Origin: the human T2T-CHM13v2.0 reference genome, Homo sapiens
NCBI RefSeq assembly: GCF_009914755.1
Contig: NC_060934.1
Strand: one strand, 5' to 3'
Length of the DNA stretch: 64,000 nt
Positions 46,873 to 62,300 of this stretch are shown here, in pieces (the first letter of the stretch is position 1; each line of letters opens with the position of its first letter). The position numbers and the translations under genes were made by a program. The notes beneath the pieces were generated by a model, which was not told the origin of the DNA, ran no database searches, and was given only the letters and a program-made list of their open reading frames with translations.

Positions 46873-47425
46873 TGTTATAGGAAAGGAGTCCTAATCCAGA
46901 CCCCAAGAGAGGGTTCTTGGATCTTGTGCAAGAAAGAATTCAGAGAGAGTCCACAGTGCAAAGAAAAAACAAGTTTATTAAGAAAGTAAAAGGATAAAAG
47001 AATGGCTACTCCATAGACAGAGCAACCCCATTGCTGCTGGTTGCCCATTTTCATGGTTATTTCTTCATGATATGCTAAACAAGGGTTGGATTATTCATTC
47101 CCCCCCCTTTTTAGACCATATGGGGTAATGTCCTGACATTGCCCTGGCATTTGTAAGTTGTCATGGCACTGGTGGGAGTGTAGCAGTGAGGATGACCAGA
47201 GGTCACTCTCATTGCCGTTTTGGTTTTGGTGAGACTTTGCTGGTTTCCTTACTGCAAACTGTTTTGTCAGCAAGGTCTTTATGACCTGTATCTTTTGCTG
47301 ACCTCCTCTCTCTTCCTGTGATGTAGAATGCCTTAACTGTCTGGGAATGCAGCCCAGTAGGCCTCAGCCTCATTTTACCCAGCTCCTATTCAAGATGGAT
47401 TACTCTTGTTCACATGCCTCTGACA
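46873..47425 (-). mobile_element. MER41A solo LTR (ERV1)
   Basis: Minus strand TGTCAGAGGCATGTGAAC...GGACTCCTTTCCTATAACA, 553 bp; 4-bp TSD taac/taat. Confidence 0.9.
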
Positions 47426-47549
47426 TAATCACTAACAATTACTCTTACCATTATAGTAACTTTCTTCACTGTTGGTTGATCCACTAATATAGGGAGCCCC
47501 AAATGAGCAAGTGGTAGTGATAGTTTCAAGTTGACTGGAAACTTTATTG

Positions 47550-48054
47550 CAGGAGTTCTCAACCCCTGGTCCTGTTAGGAACGAGGCCGCACAGTAGGAG
47601 GTGAGCGGCAGGTGAGCAAGCGAAGCTTCATCTGTACTTACAGCCGCTCTGCATTGCTCACCTGAGCTCCGCCTCCTGTCAGATCAGCGGGGGCATTAGG
47701 TTCTCACAGGAGCGTGAACCTTATTGTGAACTGCGCATGTGAGGGATCTAGGTTGCACACTCCTTATGAGAATCTAATGCCTGATGATTGGTCACTATCT
47801 CCCATCACCTCCAGATGGGGCCGACTAGTTGCAGGAAAACAAGCTTAGGGCCCCCCACTGATTCAATATTATGGTGACTTGCATAATTATTTCACTATAT
47901 ATTACAATGTAATAATAATAGAAATAAAGTACACAACCAATGTAATGTGCTTGAATCATCCTGAAACTATCACCCTCACCTCCAACCGTCGGTCCACGGA
48001 AAAATTGTCTTCCATGAAACCAGTCCCTGGTGCCAAAAAGGTTGTGGACCACTA
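47550..48054 (+). mobile_element. MER1A (hAT-Charlie)
   Basis: caggagttctcaacccc...gaaaccagtccctggtgccaaaaaggttg; 8-bp TSD ctttattg/ctttcttg. Confidence 0.9.
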
Positions 48055-50208
48055 CTTTCTTGTATTCCCTGGTGCATTCTCCCCAGGAACAGGGATCTGT
48101 GGTCTGACAGTACCTAAGTTTACAGGAACAGGGAGCATAAATACACCAAGTGAAAAAACTAGCAATACCTATCTATCAATTGCTTTATAATTTGGTACTG
48201 TTTCTGTCCTAATCGCCATTATTTCCTTCCTTCTTACTTTGCATTTAATTTTCTCTTTACTTTCTTGCAGCTATGTAAGAGCATCTCATTTTGTCTGAGA
48301 GCTGAATGTTCCGCCTAAGAAAATTCTCAGAATTGGAAATCTAGAGGATTTCTTAAATCCAGCTTCTCTAAAGTTTATAAAAATTGCTCAAATAGAAAAA
48401 AAAGCCCTCAAAGTATTGTCTTTTTCCAGCGTTTGGATAAGAGAGACTTTATTTTTAACTAATATAATTTGTTATTTAAAGCATAAATTAATTAATTAAA
48501 AAAATGTAAATGGGTTATGCCAAGGGAGGGTTTATTTTGGATCTGAAGCAATGTTTCAAACCTTTAGGCATTTTTCCTAGGGTTTTTAGATCCTGCCAAA
48601 ATGGTGTTTCCATAGCAACAGGACTATAGAAATCTCAAGGGGCTATCACTGTAGATGTAACTAGAGATGTCCCTACAATGGGGGGAACTGGACAACTGCC
48701 CAGGAATTTAGTACATTAATAGAACCCAAGCTGATGGAGGAGCTGTAACTTAGGGAGGGAGCTAATGGAGAAGGAAGTACCTGTCCAATTCATGCCAAAA
48801 CAAAATAAAACATAGCCCAGGTGCCCCCTCCAGGTGTATCCAAGGCAAATGAATTGGAATAGGGGAAATATCCAATTTCAAACCCTCTTCCCCCATCAAC
48901 CTCCCTCACCATATAGGGTTCTAGATCTCTTCCCCTACCCTCACGTTTTTTGGATGCTCTTTAAAAACTTCATTTCCTCTCCAAGACTATCCCTTATGTT
49001 TCTTCAACCTTATTTTACTTATCTAATAACTTTGCAGGCAGGGGATTGGGGGGAGCAGGAACCTCAAGAATAAAAAGCAGTCAGAGCAATTTACTTATCT
49101 TCCCTCTTGTGAGAAGTGTCGCCCAGAAGTAATATCACAGCCAGACCTTTGCCTGGAGGACTTTCAATTTCCAGATAATTTTCCTTAAGTGAAAGGCAGG
49201 ATAAAAGGTATTTTGAATATGAATTTAAGATCTTCTACCTTTAAAACATATCCAAAAATGCAAAAATCAAACCTGAGTATTCAATCTGGTCAATAAACAG
49301 GATTATCAATATAGTTCATCCTCTCTACACTTATTGTAGGTCAGTAAATGTAGCAGCTTCAAGAACATGAATTGGGTAAAAGCAAAAAAACATTAATTGA
49401 GTGACAAACATCCACCTTTCTAGCCAGGCTTCTCCTCTCTTCTTCATCATATAACTATAAAATTAAACTAAACTAGAATCCTAGACTTTTAGAATATTGA
49501 TCCCATTCCCTCCTCCCCATTTTTCTTTCTTTTTCTTGTGATTTACTGAGTTTGAATGAGTCTTTCTTTATCAGAGAAATCTAGACTCCGAGGCAATTCA
49601 GTCAAAGATCTGCAATCACCAAGTCAGGTCTGGTAAATGAATCCTTTCTCCATCCAAAAGATGAGTAAGTCTTCCTTTCTTTGAAGTTTGGCAATACCTA
49701 AGTGTAATTTCTGTTAAACATCCACCCACAGGAAGAGATTTTGTTTGAAAAAGACATATGAAGTAACCTTGATATACGTATTTGTTTTCAACAAATATTG
49801 TAGTTAAAATCAATGAGTTCCATTGGCATCATTTTAAATATCCTTTGGCTGAGAAAGAAATAGCAAGCATTCAAAACTCAATTCAGGCAGCAAAATTAAT
49901 GTAATTTAACATTCACAATTATTTCTTAACAAAAGCAAGAAGGGTGAATCATTCTTACCCACAAATTTGAAAGACTTCTATTCTCTTTCTGTAAAAATCA
50001 GTCAAACCCCACACTTAGAAATTTTCTACTGAGAAAATGAGTAATTAAGCCAACTTTGGTGAACGCTGAATTCTCTCTATAATTAAAAGAAACTGACCAT
50101 CAGAAATGCTGGTATTTTTCTACTCCTCGTTCCTCTTTTCTTCTAACTAATTTCTCAGATCATACACACACATACACACAGATCTTCCAAAGCAGTTATT
50201 TTAAAAAT

Positions 50209-51042
<834 letters not shown>

Positions 51043-52016
51043 AACTAAAGCTGGCTGACATCTGTCTTTGCTGAGCTTTACGACTAAGAATTTGTCTAAC
51101 TGAATCACTTCCCCTAAGGAAAAAAAGGAGAAGAGAATTGTTAAATACAAGTTTAAAGCAGGTAACATCTTAGTCTCTCCTAATTGCGTGTGACAGTGAT
51201 GTGCTCTTTATCTTATAACTCACAGTTTTCAAAAAAATGTAATTTATCTTCTGCAAACTGCTTCATGAATTGCCTTGAGAAGATCCCACTGGGAAGTGAT
51301 AGACATATAAGATTCTGTATTTGAATTATTCAGCAAATAAAATTTTTAAAGCTGAAGATTTTAAAACAACCTTGAGAATAGCCTCCGGGTTGGCTATCCC
51401 ATATAAGTTGAGAGCTGTGGTCTTTGCTTTCTTGAATAACAAGGAAGGTTAAAACAGCTATGTTAAGTTGTTTATTGAACATAAATACTAGTTGAAAAAG
51501 ACCTAAATTCAAAACAGTGGGAACAAACCGCCTGATTTCAGGAGATTCTTGAGTCAACAGAGTGTTGAGGATTCTACTCTTACTAATCAAATATGATTCT
51601 AAAATAGAACATATTCTAACATCCCTCTTTTGATTGATGTCAAAAAGGACAACCAAAAAAATGAATTCCATGAAAAAAAGGAAAAGCACAAGATAGCCAT
51701 AACCAAACTTTTATCTGAATTCAACCCTCAGAAGATTGTTAAAAGCAAGAATTGATATATTTGTAAGCAAACATTCCAGAGAAGATTTTTATTCTCCAGA
51801 ATGTTGTAGAAAGGGAAATCCTGGAGGGCCTTTTTAAGACTCTGTGGCTGATAAAAGCTCATCTCTGTGCATATGTAACCATCTCCACCAAGGTCCAGTC
51901 AGAGGGTCAGCAAGGTTCATTAAAAGAAAGACACTCCAGACTTCCCTCCGTCTTGTTTACAGCAAACCATCACAAAGAAATTAGAAGTAGAAAACCCTGC
52001 AGACTATTGAAAGGGT

Positions 52017-52313
<297 letters not shown>

Positions 52314-52554
52314 GGGCTTAAATCCTGCAAAAATGGATTTGTTTGTGGTTGTTAACGAAGCGTGAGGACATGAGAGCTGAGTTTATGCTCAGGGACTTTG
52401 AGATCTAAACAAAACTCAGAATTTCATGTTTTTTAGTGGAAAGTAATGACAATGAATCTTTACCAGGCAGCAAGTGACATCTCTTATTATCACATAGGTT
52501 CTTAGATCTAACCTAAATGGTGCTTTATTAAAAATATTGTAATATTATAATCTT

Positions 52555-52695
52555 TATATTATAATAAGCTAAAAAGCTAAACAATGATATTACAATAAGT
52601 TAAAAAGATAAGTAGTTAATAAGCATATTACAGTAAGCTAAATATATCACAATAAGCTAAAAATCTAAACAGTTAAAGCAAACTAAGAATCTTAA
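52555..52695. repeat. Degenerate AT-rich tandem repeat (atattacaataagctaaa-like unit)
   Basis: Direct read, about 4 decayed copies. Confidence 0.6.
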
Positions 52696-52699
52696 AGCT

Positions 52700-53755
<1,056 letters not shown>

Positions 53756-55204
53756 ATTTTGTTTTAACATCTTGGGAGTGAAAAAATATACACCTACTGC
53801 TTAACAAATTATTATTTAACAGAAAGGTGTATTCTACAAGCAGTATTTTTTAAAATATAATGCTGTAGTGCATAAAAATATGTACATTAAAGACACATTT
53901 ACAAGTCAAAAAGATCCTACAACAATCACATAAGCCCTTTCCTCTTGTTTTGTTTTTGAAACCCACTGGAAACAGAAATCAAAATTTAGCTCATTCAGTG
54001 TCTGTTTTTCCCTTCTTCAATTTTAAGTTGTATGAATAGAGAAATATGCATTTATGACAATAAATAAAGGAAATCTCTATTGTCTTTCAATGTTAGAAGG
54101 GATCATGTCTTTTGAAGTCCTTGTGCTGTATGACAAAATTAATCCTTGCATGAATTTTTTTCTTGTTCACTAGAGCAACTTTTCTGGTATTTCCTTAAAG
54201 TTTGTGATAGTGAATGCCAGGTACAAACTGCCTTGCTTGTTAGGACTAACACAGGTTTACAAATCTGATGCATCTACAGTTTGAGTGTCATAATGATCAC
54301 AGCTGTGAAGGGACAACCTATGTATGGTTTCATGTTTCTAACTATCTGCAAGAAAAGTAAAAAAGTAGTGTGATTGACTTCATGGTAAAGCACTACAACA
54401 ACTAGCAAGATGGCTAGATGATGTATGGGAGAAGAAAGATGAACTAAGGCAGTTCATGCACTTTTTGGATTTGTAAAGGCCAAACGGTCTTCCTAATTTA
54501 TCAATTTTTCAGCAAGTTGTGATCTCATAGATGAGTTTTTCAGTAAATTTTCTTGGAGACACTGCATGGATAAAGGATTTTACAGATTATTAGGTTGGGC
54601 AAAAACTGTATAAACTTTTGGGTACCACTAAGAACCATATTAAATCTATATATATCTGTTTAATGGAAAGACTGTTACATGTCTCTTTGTAATCATTTTT
54701 TAGTTGACATGTTAACAATAATCATCAAAAGACTCTAAAAAATTGAGATAAAAAATTAGCTGAATGCCTTATTAACATTGTTCTCAATATGTGAATAAGT
54801 GAATACTCAAAAGATTTTTTTTTCATTTTTTCTCTGTGTTTGATATTAGGGAGATGTTCCAGTGATTCTTCATAATAGTGATCACATTTGGGAAAAAAAT
54901 CTAGGTGCATTGGTGGTATAATATTGTAGAAAGTGCTTGGACTAAATCTTGTCTTGAGTATCAATAAGACTGTGAAAAGGCACAGTCTAGTTTGGCCTTA
55001 GACATCAAACACTCTAGTAACTCGAAATATGCTTTAGTTTTTCCCTCTTTTTTATTTTTAAAAAATTTTTAGAGTGACAGAACTATGTGGGTGGGACATA
55101 AAAAGTACAGAATGAACCATAATCATGATGATTCTTCTCAAAGTGGATGTGTAACTCTTGTTAAGAGTGCTTCTAAAGATAAATAATCAACTTTTTTTTT
55201 TTTC

Positions 55205-55292
55205 ACCTACACTATCCAAATGGTGGCCAGTAGTCACATGTGGCTATTATGCCTTGAATGAGGCTAGCATGACTGAAAAATGGATTTTTTTT
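55205..55292 (+). mobile_element. MER3 fragment truncated by L1
   Basis: tccaaatggtggccagtagtcacatgtggctatt. Confidence 0.65.
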
Positions 55293-56448
55293 TGGTTAAA
55301 CTTTATTTTTAGGGCACTTTTGGGTTCACAGCAAAACTACTCAGAAGGTACAGAGTTCCCATAAGTCCCCTGTCCCCACACATGCACAACCACCCCGCTA
55401 TTGACATCCTGCAACACAATGATACATCTGTTACAATTCACAAACATACCTTAACACATTGTGACTCAAAGTCCATAGTTTACATTAGATTTCACTCCTG
55501 GTTTTATACATTCTATGGGTTTTGACAAATGGACGATGACACATACTCACCATTGTATCATACGGAATAGTTGCACTGCCTAAATGTCCCCTGTGTTTTG
55601 CATATTTGTTTATTCTTCCTTCCCCCAAATCCCTGTCAACCACTACTATTTTTACTGTCTTCATGGTTTTGTCTTTTTCAGAATGTCATATAGTTGCAAT
55701 TAATGATACAGTGTGCTGCCTTTTCAGATAAGCATCTTCATTTCATAATACAAATCTGAGTTTCCTCTGTCTTTTTACAGTTCGATAGTTCATTTCTTTT
55801 TAGTGCTGAATAATATTTCACTGTCTGGATGCATCACCATTTATCCATTTACCTACTGCAGTACATCCAAATTTGGTTCCTTCCAAATTTTGGTAATTAT
55901 GGATTAAGCTGCTATAAATACACTTGAGCAGGTTTTTGTGTGAACAAACGTTTTCAAATCTGTTGAGGAAATGCCAAGAAATATGATTGCTGGATTACAT
56001 GATAAGTATGTTTAGTTTTGTAAGAAGCTACCAAACTGTCTTCCAAAGTGGCTGTACCTTTTGGCATTTCCATCAGCAATGAATGAGAGTTCCAGTTGCT
56101 CTACATCCTCACCAGCACTTGTTGCTGTCAGTGTTATGGGTTTTGGCCATTCTAATAGGTGTATGGAGGTATTTCATTGTTGCTGTAATTTGCAATTCAC
56201 TAATAATATAAAATGCTAAGCATCTTTTATATGACTACTTGCCATCATACATCTTCTTTGGGGAGTCTCTATTCAGGTCTTCCCATTTTTAATTGGAAAT
56301 TGTCTGTTTTCCTCTTAACTTTTAAAAGTTCCTTGTCTATTTTGGATACCATTCCTTTATCAGATGTTTTGCACATGTTTTCCCCAAGTCTGTGGCTTAT
56401 CTTCTCATTCTCTTGACATTGTCTTTCACTGAACTGAGGTTTTAATTT

Positions 56449-56535
56449 TGGGAGTATATATTTAGGGCAACTTGAATCTATGCTCCTGGATTGCAATCCT
56501 GAAGCTTGGCCCAAATAAATTATTTACTTATATAT
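56449..56535 (+). mobile_element. Short ERV1 LTR fragment (MER34-like) inside L1MC
   Basis: tttagggcaacttgaatctatgctcc...aagcttggcccaaataaa. Confidence 0.55.
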
Positions 56536-56729
56536 TTTTAAAAATACATTTTAATTTTAATGAAGCCCAGCTTATGAATTCTTTCTTTCATAGATCATGT
56601 CTTTAGCATCTTGCCTGAAAAGTCATTGCTATACCTAAGGTCACCTAGATTTCTTTTATCCTAATCTTCTAGGATTTTTATGGTTTTGCATTTTTAATTC
56701 AGGTCTATGCTTTATTGTGAAGTAATTAA

Positions 56730-56971
<242 letters not shown>

Positions 56972-59398
56972 TTTTTGTGAAGAATGTAAGACTGTGTCTA
57001 GATTCACTTTTTTTGTAAGTGGATTTCAGGTTGTTCCAGCACCATTTTTTGAAAAGAGGCCATTGCTCCATTTTATTGTGTTTACTCCTTTATCAAAGAT
57101 CAGCTCACTGTATATAGGTCTATTTCTGGACTCTGTTATATGCCATTGATCTATTTGTCTATTCTTTTAGCAACACAGCAGTGTCTTGATTCCTGTAACA
57201 TTATAGTAAGTCTTGAAGTCAGGTGGTGTCAGGCCTCCAATATTTTTCAGTGTCAGTCTTTAATATTGAGTTGGCTATTATGGATTTCTTCCACTCCATG
57301 TGAACTTTAATATCAGTTTGTTGATACCCATTAAATAACTTGCTGGGACTTTGATTTGGATTGAATTGAATCTATACATCAAATTGGAAATAACTGACAT
57401 CTTGAGGATATACAGTCTTCCTACCCTTGAACATGGAATACCTTTCCATTTATTTAGTCTTTTGATATCATTTGTCAGAATTTTGTAGTTTTCCTCATGT
57501 ACGTCTTGTGCACATTTTGTTAGATTTATAACTGAGTGTTTCATTTTTGGAAGTGCAAATGTAAATGGTAATGGATTTTTAACTTTAAATTTCACCTGTT
57601 CACTGATGATATAGAGAAAGGCAGTTGACTTTTGAATATTAACCATGTATTCTGCAACCTTGCTATACTTGATTATGTGTTCTAGGAGCTTTTTTATTGA
57701 ATCTTTTAGATTTTCTTTACAGTTATCATGTCATCCGTGAACAAAGGCGGTCTTATTTCTTTGTTTTTAATCTGCATGCCTTTTATTTCCATTTCTTGTC
57801 TTATTGCATTAGCCGGAACTTCCAGTATGATGTTGAGAAGCAGTGGTGAGAGGGCTCATCCTTGCCTTTCTTCTGATTTTAGTGGGAAAGCTTCTAGTTT
57901 CTCACCATTAGGTATATTTTAGCTATAGGTTTTTGTAAATGTTCTTTATCAAGTTGAGGAAATTACCTTAATTCCTAGTTTACTGAGAGTTTTTATCATG
58001 ACTGAATGTTGGATTTTGTCAAATACTTTTCCTACACCTATTGATATGATCATGTAATTTTGTTTTCTTTAGCTGTTGATGTGATGGATTATGTTAACTG
58101 ATATCCAAATGTTGAATCAGCCTTGCATACCTGGAATAAATCCCTCTTGATTGTAGTTATAATTCCTTTTGTACATTGTTGGTTTTGATTTGCCAATACT
58201 TTGTTCAGCAGTCTTGCATCTATATTTTTGAGAAGCGTTGGTCTGTAGTTGATTCATTGGTGTTCTTTGTTTGTAATGTCTTTGCCTGCTTTTGTTCTTA
58301 GGGTAATGCTAGCCTCACAAAATGAGTTAGGAAATATTCCTTCTACTTCTATCTTCTGAAAGAGATTTTAGAGAATTGGTAAAATTTTTTCCTAAAGTGT
58401 TTGGTAAAGTTCATTGGTGAGCCCATCTGGGCCTGGTGATTTCTGTTTGGAGAGGTTATTGATTATTAATTCAAATTCTTATTTGAATTAGATAAGGGCC
58501 TATTCAAATTTTCTATTCCTTCTTGTGTGGGTTTTAGCTGACTGTGTTTTTCAGGGAATTGGTCCATTTCATCTATGTTATCAAATTTGGGGGCATAGAG
58601 TTGTTCCTAATATTTCTTTATTATCCTTTAATGTCCACAGAATCTGTAGTGACATCCTCTCTTTGATTTCCAGTATCAGTACTTTGTATCTTCTCTCCTT
58701 TTTTTTGTTAGCCTAGCCAGAGTCTTATCTATTTTATTAATCTTTTCAATGAACCAGATTTGGCTTTGTCGAATTTCTGTATTGATTAACTGATTTTAAT
58801 TTCATTGATTTCTGCTCTTTCATTATTTTCTTCTGCTTACTTTTAGATTTAATTTGCTCTTCTTTTTCTAGTTTCCTAAGAAGGAAGCTTTGAATTCTGA
58901 GTTTAGATCTTTATTCCTTTCTGATATATATAATATCTGATTCTTTTCTGAAATTCAATGCTCTGAATTTTCATTTGAGCACACTTTCACTCTTATCTCA
59001 CACATTTTGATAAATTTTATTTTTATTTTCATTCATTCGAAACTTTTTTAGTTTCTCTTGAGATTTCTTTCTTAACTCATGTGTTATTTAGAGGTATGTT
59101 ATTTAATCTCCAGTTCTTTTGGTATTTTCCAGCTATCTTTCTGTTATTGATTTCTAGTTTAATCCATATGATCTAAGAATAGAAATTGTATGACTTCTAT
59201 TATTTTAAATTTGTTAAGGTCAGTCTTATAGCCCAGAATGTGGTCTATCTTGTTGAATGTTCCACGTGAGCTGGGGAAGAATTTGCAATCTGCTCTTGTT
59301 GGATAAAGTAGTCTATAGATGTCAATTATGTCCAATTGATTGATGTCCTGCTGAATTCAACTATGTCTACTGATTTTCTGCCTGCTAGATCTGTTCAT

Positions 59399-62300
59399 TT
59401 TTTTATCTTCCAATTTTTTTTTAGGTTCAAGGGATACATGTGCAAGTATGTTACATGGGTAAGGTGCATATTGTGGGATTTGGAATACAGGTAATTTTGT
59501 CACCTTGGCAATCAACGTAATACCCAATAGGTGGTTTTACAATCCTCACCCTCCACCTTAATTAAGCCCTAATATCTATTATACCCTTCTTGAGTCAATA
59601 TTTATTTCCCACTTATAAGTGAGAACATGCGGTATTTGGTTTTCTGTTCCTGTTTTAATTCACTTAGGATAACGGCCACCAGTTTCATCCATGTTGCCGC
59701 AAAAGGTGCAATCTTTTCTTTTTTATGGCTGTATAGTATTCCATGGTGTATTTGTACCATATTTTCTTTATCCACTCCACCATTGTCAGGCATTTAGGTT
59801 GATTCTATGTCTTTGATACTGTGTATAGTGCTGTGATGAACATATGGGTGCATGTGTCTTTATGGTAGAATGATTTATATTCTTTTGGATATATATAGCC
59901 AGTAATGGGATTGCTGGGTTGAATGGTAACTCTATTTTAACTTCTTTAAGAAATCTCCAGACTGTTTTCCACAGTGGCTGAACTAATTTACATTTTCACC
60001 AGCAGTATATTAGCATTCCCTTTCTCTGCAACCTCACCAGCATCTGCTGTTTTTTAACTTTTTAATAATTGCCATTCTAATGGGTATGAGATGGTGTGTC
60101 ATTGTGGTTTTGATTTGCGTTTCCCTAATGATTAGTGATATAGAGCATTTTTTCATATGCTTGTTGGCCATGTGTATGTCATCTTTTGAGACATGTCTGT
60201 TCCTGTCCTTTGCTCATTTTTTAATGGGGCCATTTGTTTCTTGCTTGTTAATTTATTTAAGTTTCTTATAGATTTTGGATATTAGACCTTTGTTAGATGG
60301 ATAGTTTGCAAATATTTTTCCCATTCTGTAGGCTGTCTGTTTATTCAGTTGAGAGTTTATTTTGCTGTGCAGAAGCTCTTTAGTTTAATGAGGTCCCACT
60401 TGTCAACTTTTGATTTTTTTGCAATTGCTTTTGGAGTCTCTGTCATGAAATCTTTGCCAAGACTGATATCCAGGATGGTATTTGCTAGGTTTTCTTCTGG
60501 AGTTTTTGTAATGCTAGGTTTTACATTTAAGTCTTTAATCCATCTCAAGTTGATTTTTGTATATGGTGAAAGGGGAGGGTCCAGTTTCTATCTTCTGCAC
60601 ATGGCTAACCAGTCATCCCAGCACCATTTATTGAATAGAGAGGCCTTTTCTGCTTGTTATTGTCTGCTTTGTCAAAGATCAGATCATTGTAAGTGTACAG
60701 TTTTATTTCTGTGTTTTCTAACCTGTTCCATTGGTTGGATAATTACGTCTTGTTGAATCAAACCTTTTATCATTATGTAATGCCCTTTCTTTTTGTCATT
60801 TTTGATCAATCATTGTTGGCTTAAAGTCTGTTTTGTCTAAGATAAGAATAGCAGCCCCTGCTCTTTTCTGTTTTCTGTTTGCTTAATAGATATTTCTCCA
60901 TCCCTTTACTTTGAGTCTATGGGTTTTCTTGCCTGTGAGATGGGTCTCTTCAAAGAAAGCATACATTTAGGTCTTGCTTCTTTATCCAGCTTACCACTCT
61001 GTGCCTTTTAAGTGGAGCATTTAGCCTGTTTATGTTCAAGGTTAATATTGATATGTATGGATTTGATCATGTCATCATGTTGTTAGCTGGTTGCTATGTA
61101 GACATAATTGTGTATTTGATTTATAGAGTCAGTAGTCTATGTACTTGAGTGTGTTTTTGTGGTGTCAGGTAATGGTCTTTCATTTCCATTTAGCACTTCC
61201 TTAAGGACCTCTTGGAAGTCAGGTCTGGTGGTTACAAATTCCATTAGCATTTGCTTGTCTGTAAAGGATTTTATTTCTCCTTCACTTATGAAGCTTAGTT
61301 TTGCTGGATATGAAATTCTTGGTTGAAATTTGTTTTCTTTAAGGATTCTTAATTAGGCCCACAACATCTTCTGGCTTGTAGGGTTTCTGCTGAAAAATCA
61401 ACTGTTAGTCTGATGAGTTTCCCTTTGTAGGTGACCTACCCCTTCTCTCTAGCTGCCTTTAATATGTTTTCTTTTGCGTTGACCTTGAAGAATCTGATGA
61501 CTATGTGTCTTGGGGATGTTTGTCTTATATAGTATCTTGCAAGGGTGCTCTTCTCTGAATTTTCTGAATTTGAATGTCAACCCCTGTAGTAAGGTTGAAG
61601 AAATTTTGAAGGACAGTATCCTCAAATATGTTTTCCAATTTGCTTGCTTCCTCTCCCTGTCTTTCAGGAATGCCAATGAGTCATAGATTTTATCTCTTTA
61701 CATAATCCCATCTTTCTCAGAGGTTTTGTTTATTTTTTTTTTTTAGTTCTTTTTTGTTTATTTTTGTCTTACTGAGTTAATTTGAAGAACCACTCTTCAA
61801 GCTCTGATATTCTTTCCTCATCTTGGTCTGTTCTGCTGTCAATACTTCTGATTGTGTTATGAAATTTATATAGTGAGTTTTTCAGTTCTATCAGCTCACT
61901 TTTGTTCTTTCTTAAAATGGCTATTTTATCTTTCATTCTCTTGAATCATTTTACTGGATTCTTTAGATTTCTTGGAATGGGTTTCAACTTCCTCTTGAAT
62001 CTCGATGATCTTTGTTGCTATCCAGATTCTCAATTCTATGTCTTTCATTTCAGCCATTTCATTCTGGTTAACATCCATTACTGGGGAGCTAGTGTGGCAG
62101 TTTGAATGTATGGAGACACTTTTGATTTTAGAGTTGCCAGGGTTCTTGTGCTGGTTCTTTCACATCTGTGTGGGCTGATGTTCCTTTAACTGTGGTGTAA
62201 TTTGAGCCTGGTCGGTTAGCTTCATTTCTGGATGTTTCCAGAGGGCCAAGGCTTTGTGCAAGTTCTTTTTTTGTGGCTGAATTCTAGTCCCTGGTTTCAC

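Larger units (their letters stand above)
46426..48152 (-). mobile_element. ERVL internal fragment with dUTPase relic, split by MER41A and MER1A
   Basis: Reconstructed translation ...FPVNLKLSLPLAHLGL...KKVTIMVRVIVSDYHEELGVLLH... aligns to the HERV-L dUTPase as recalled. Confidence 0.75.
41216..49990 (-). ncRNA. SLC39A12-AS1: Probable antisense lncRNA SLC39A12-AS1 (ends approximate)
   Basis: Position is from my memory of the annotation, not derivable from sequence alone. Supporting minus-strand signals: AATAAA at 41233-41238, donor ATG|GTGAGT at 44794/44793, donor TGG|GTAAGA at 49959/49958. Confidence 0.5.

Noticed and set aside
46873-47425. MER41 as an interferon-gamma/STAT1 enhancer
   Set aside because: This copy is the MER41A type: it reads ggtctaaaaaggggggggaatgaataatcc and lacks the tandem TTCnnnGAA GAS segment found in MER41B.
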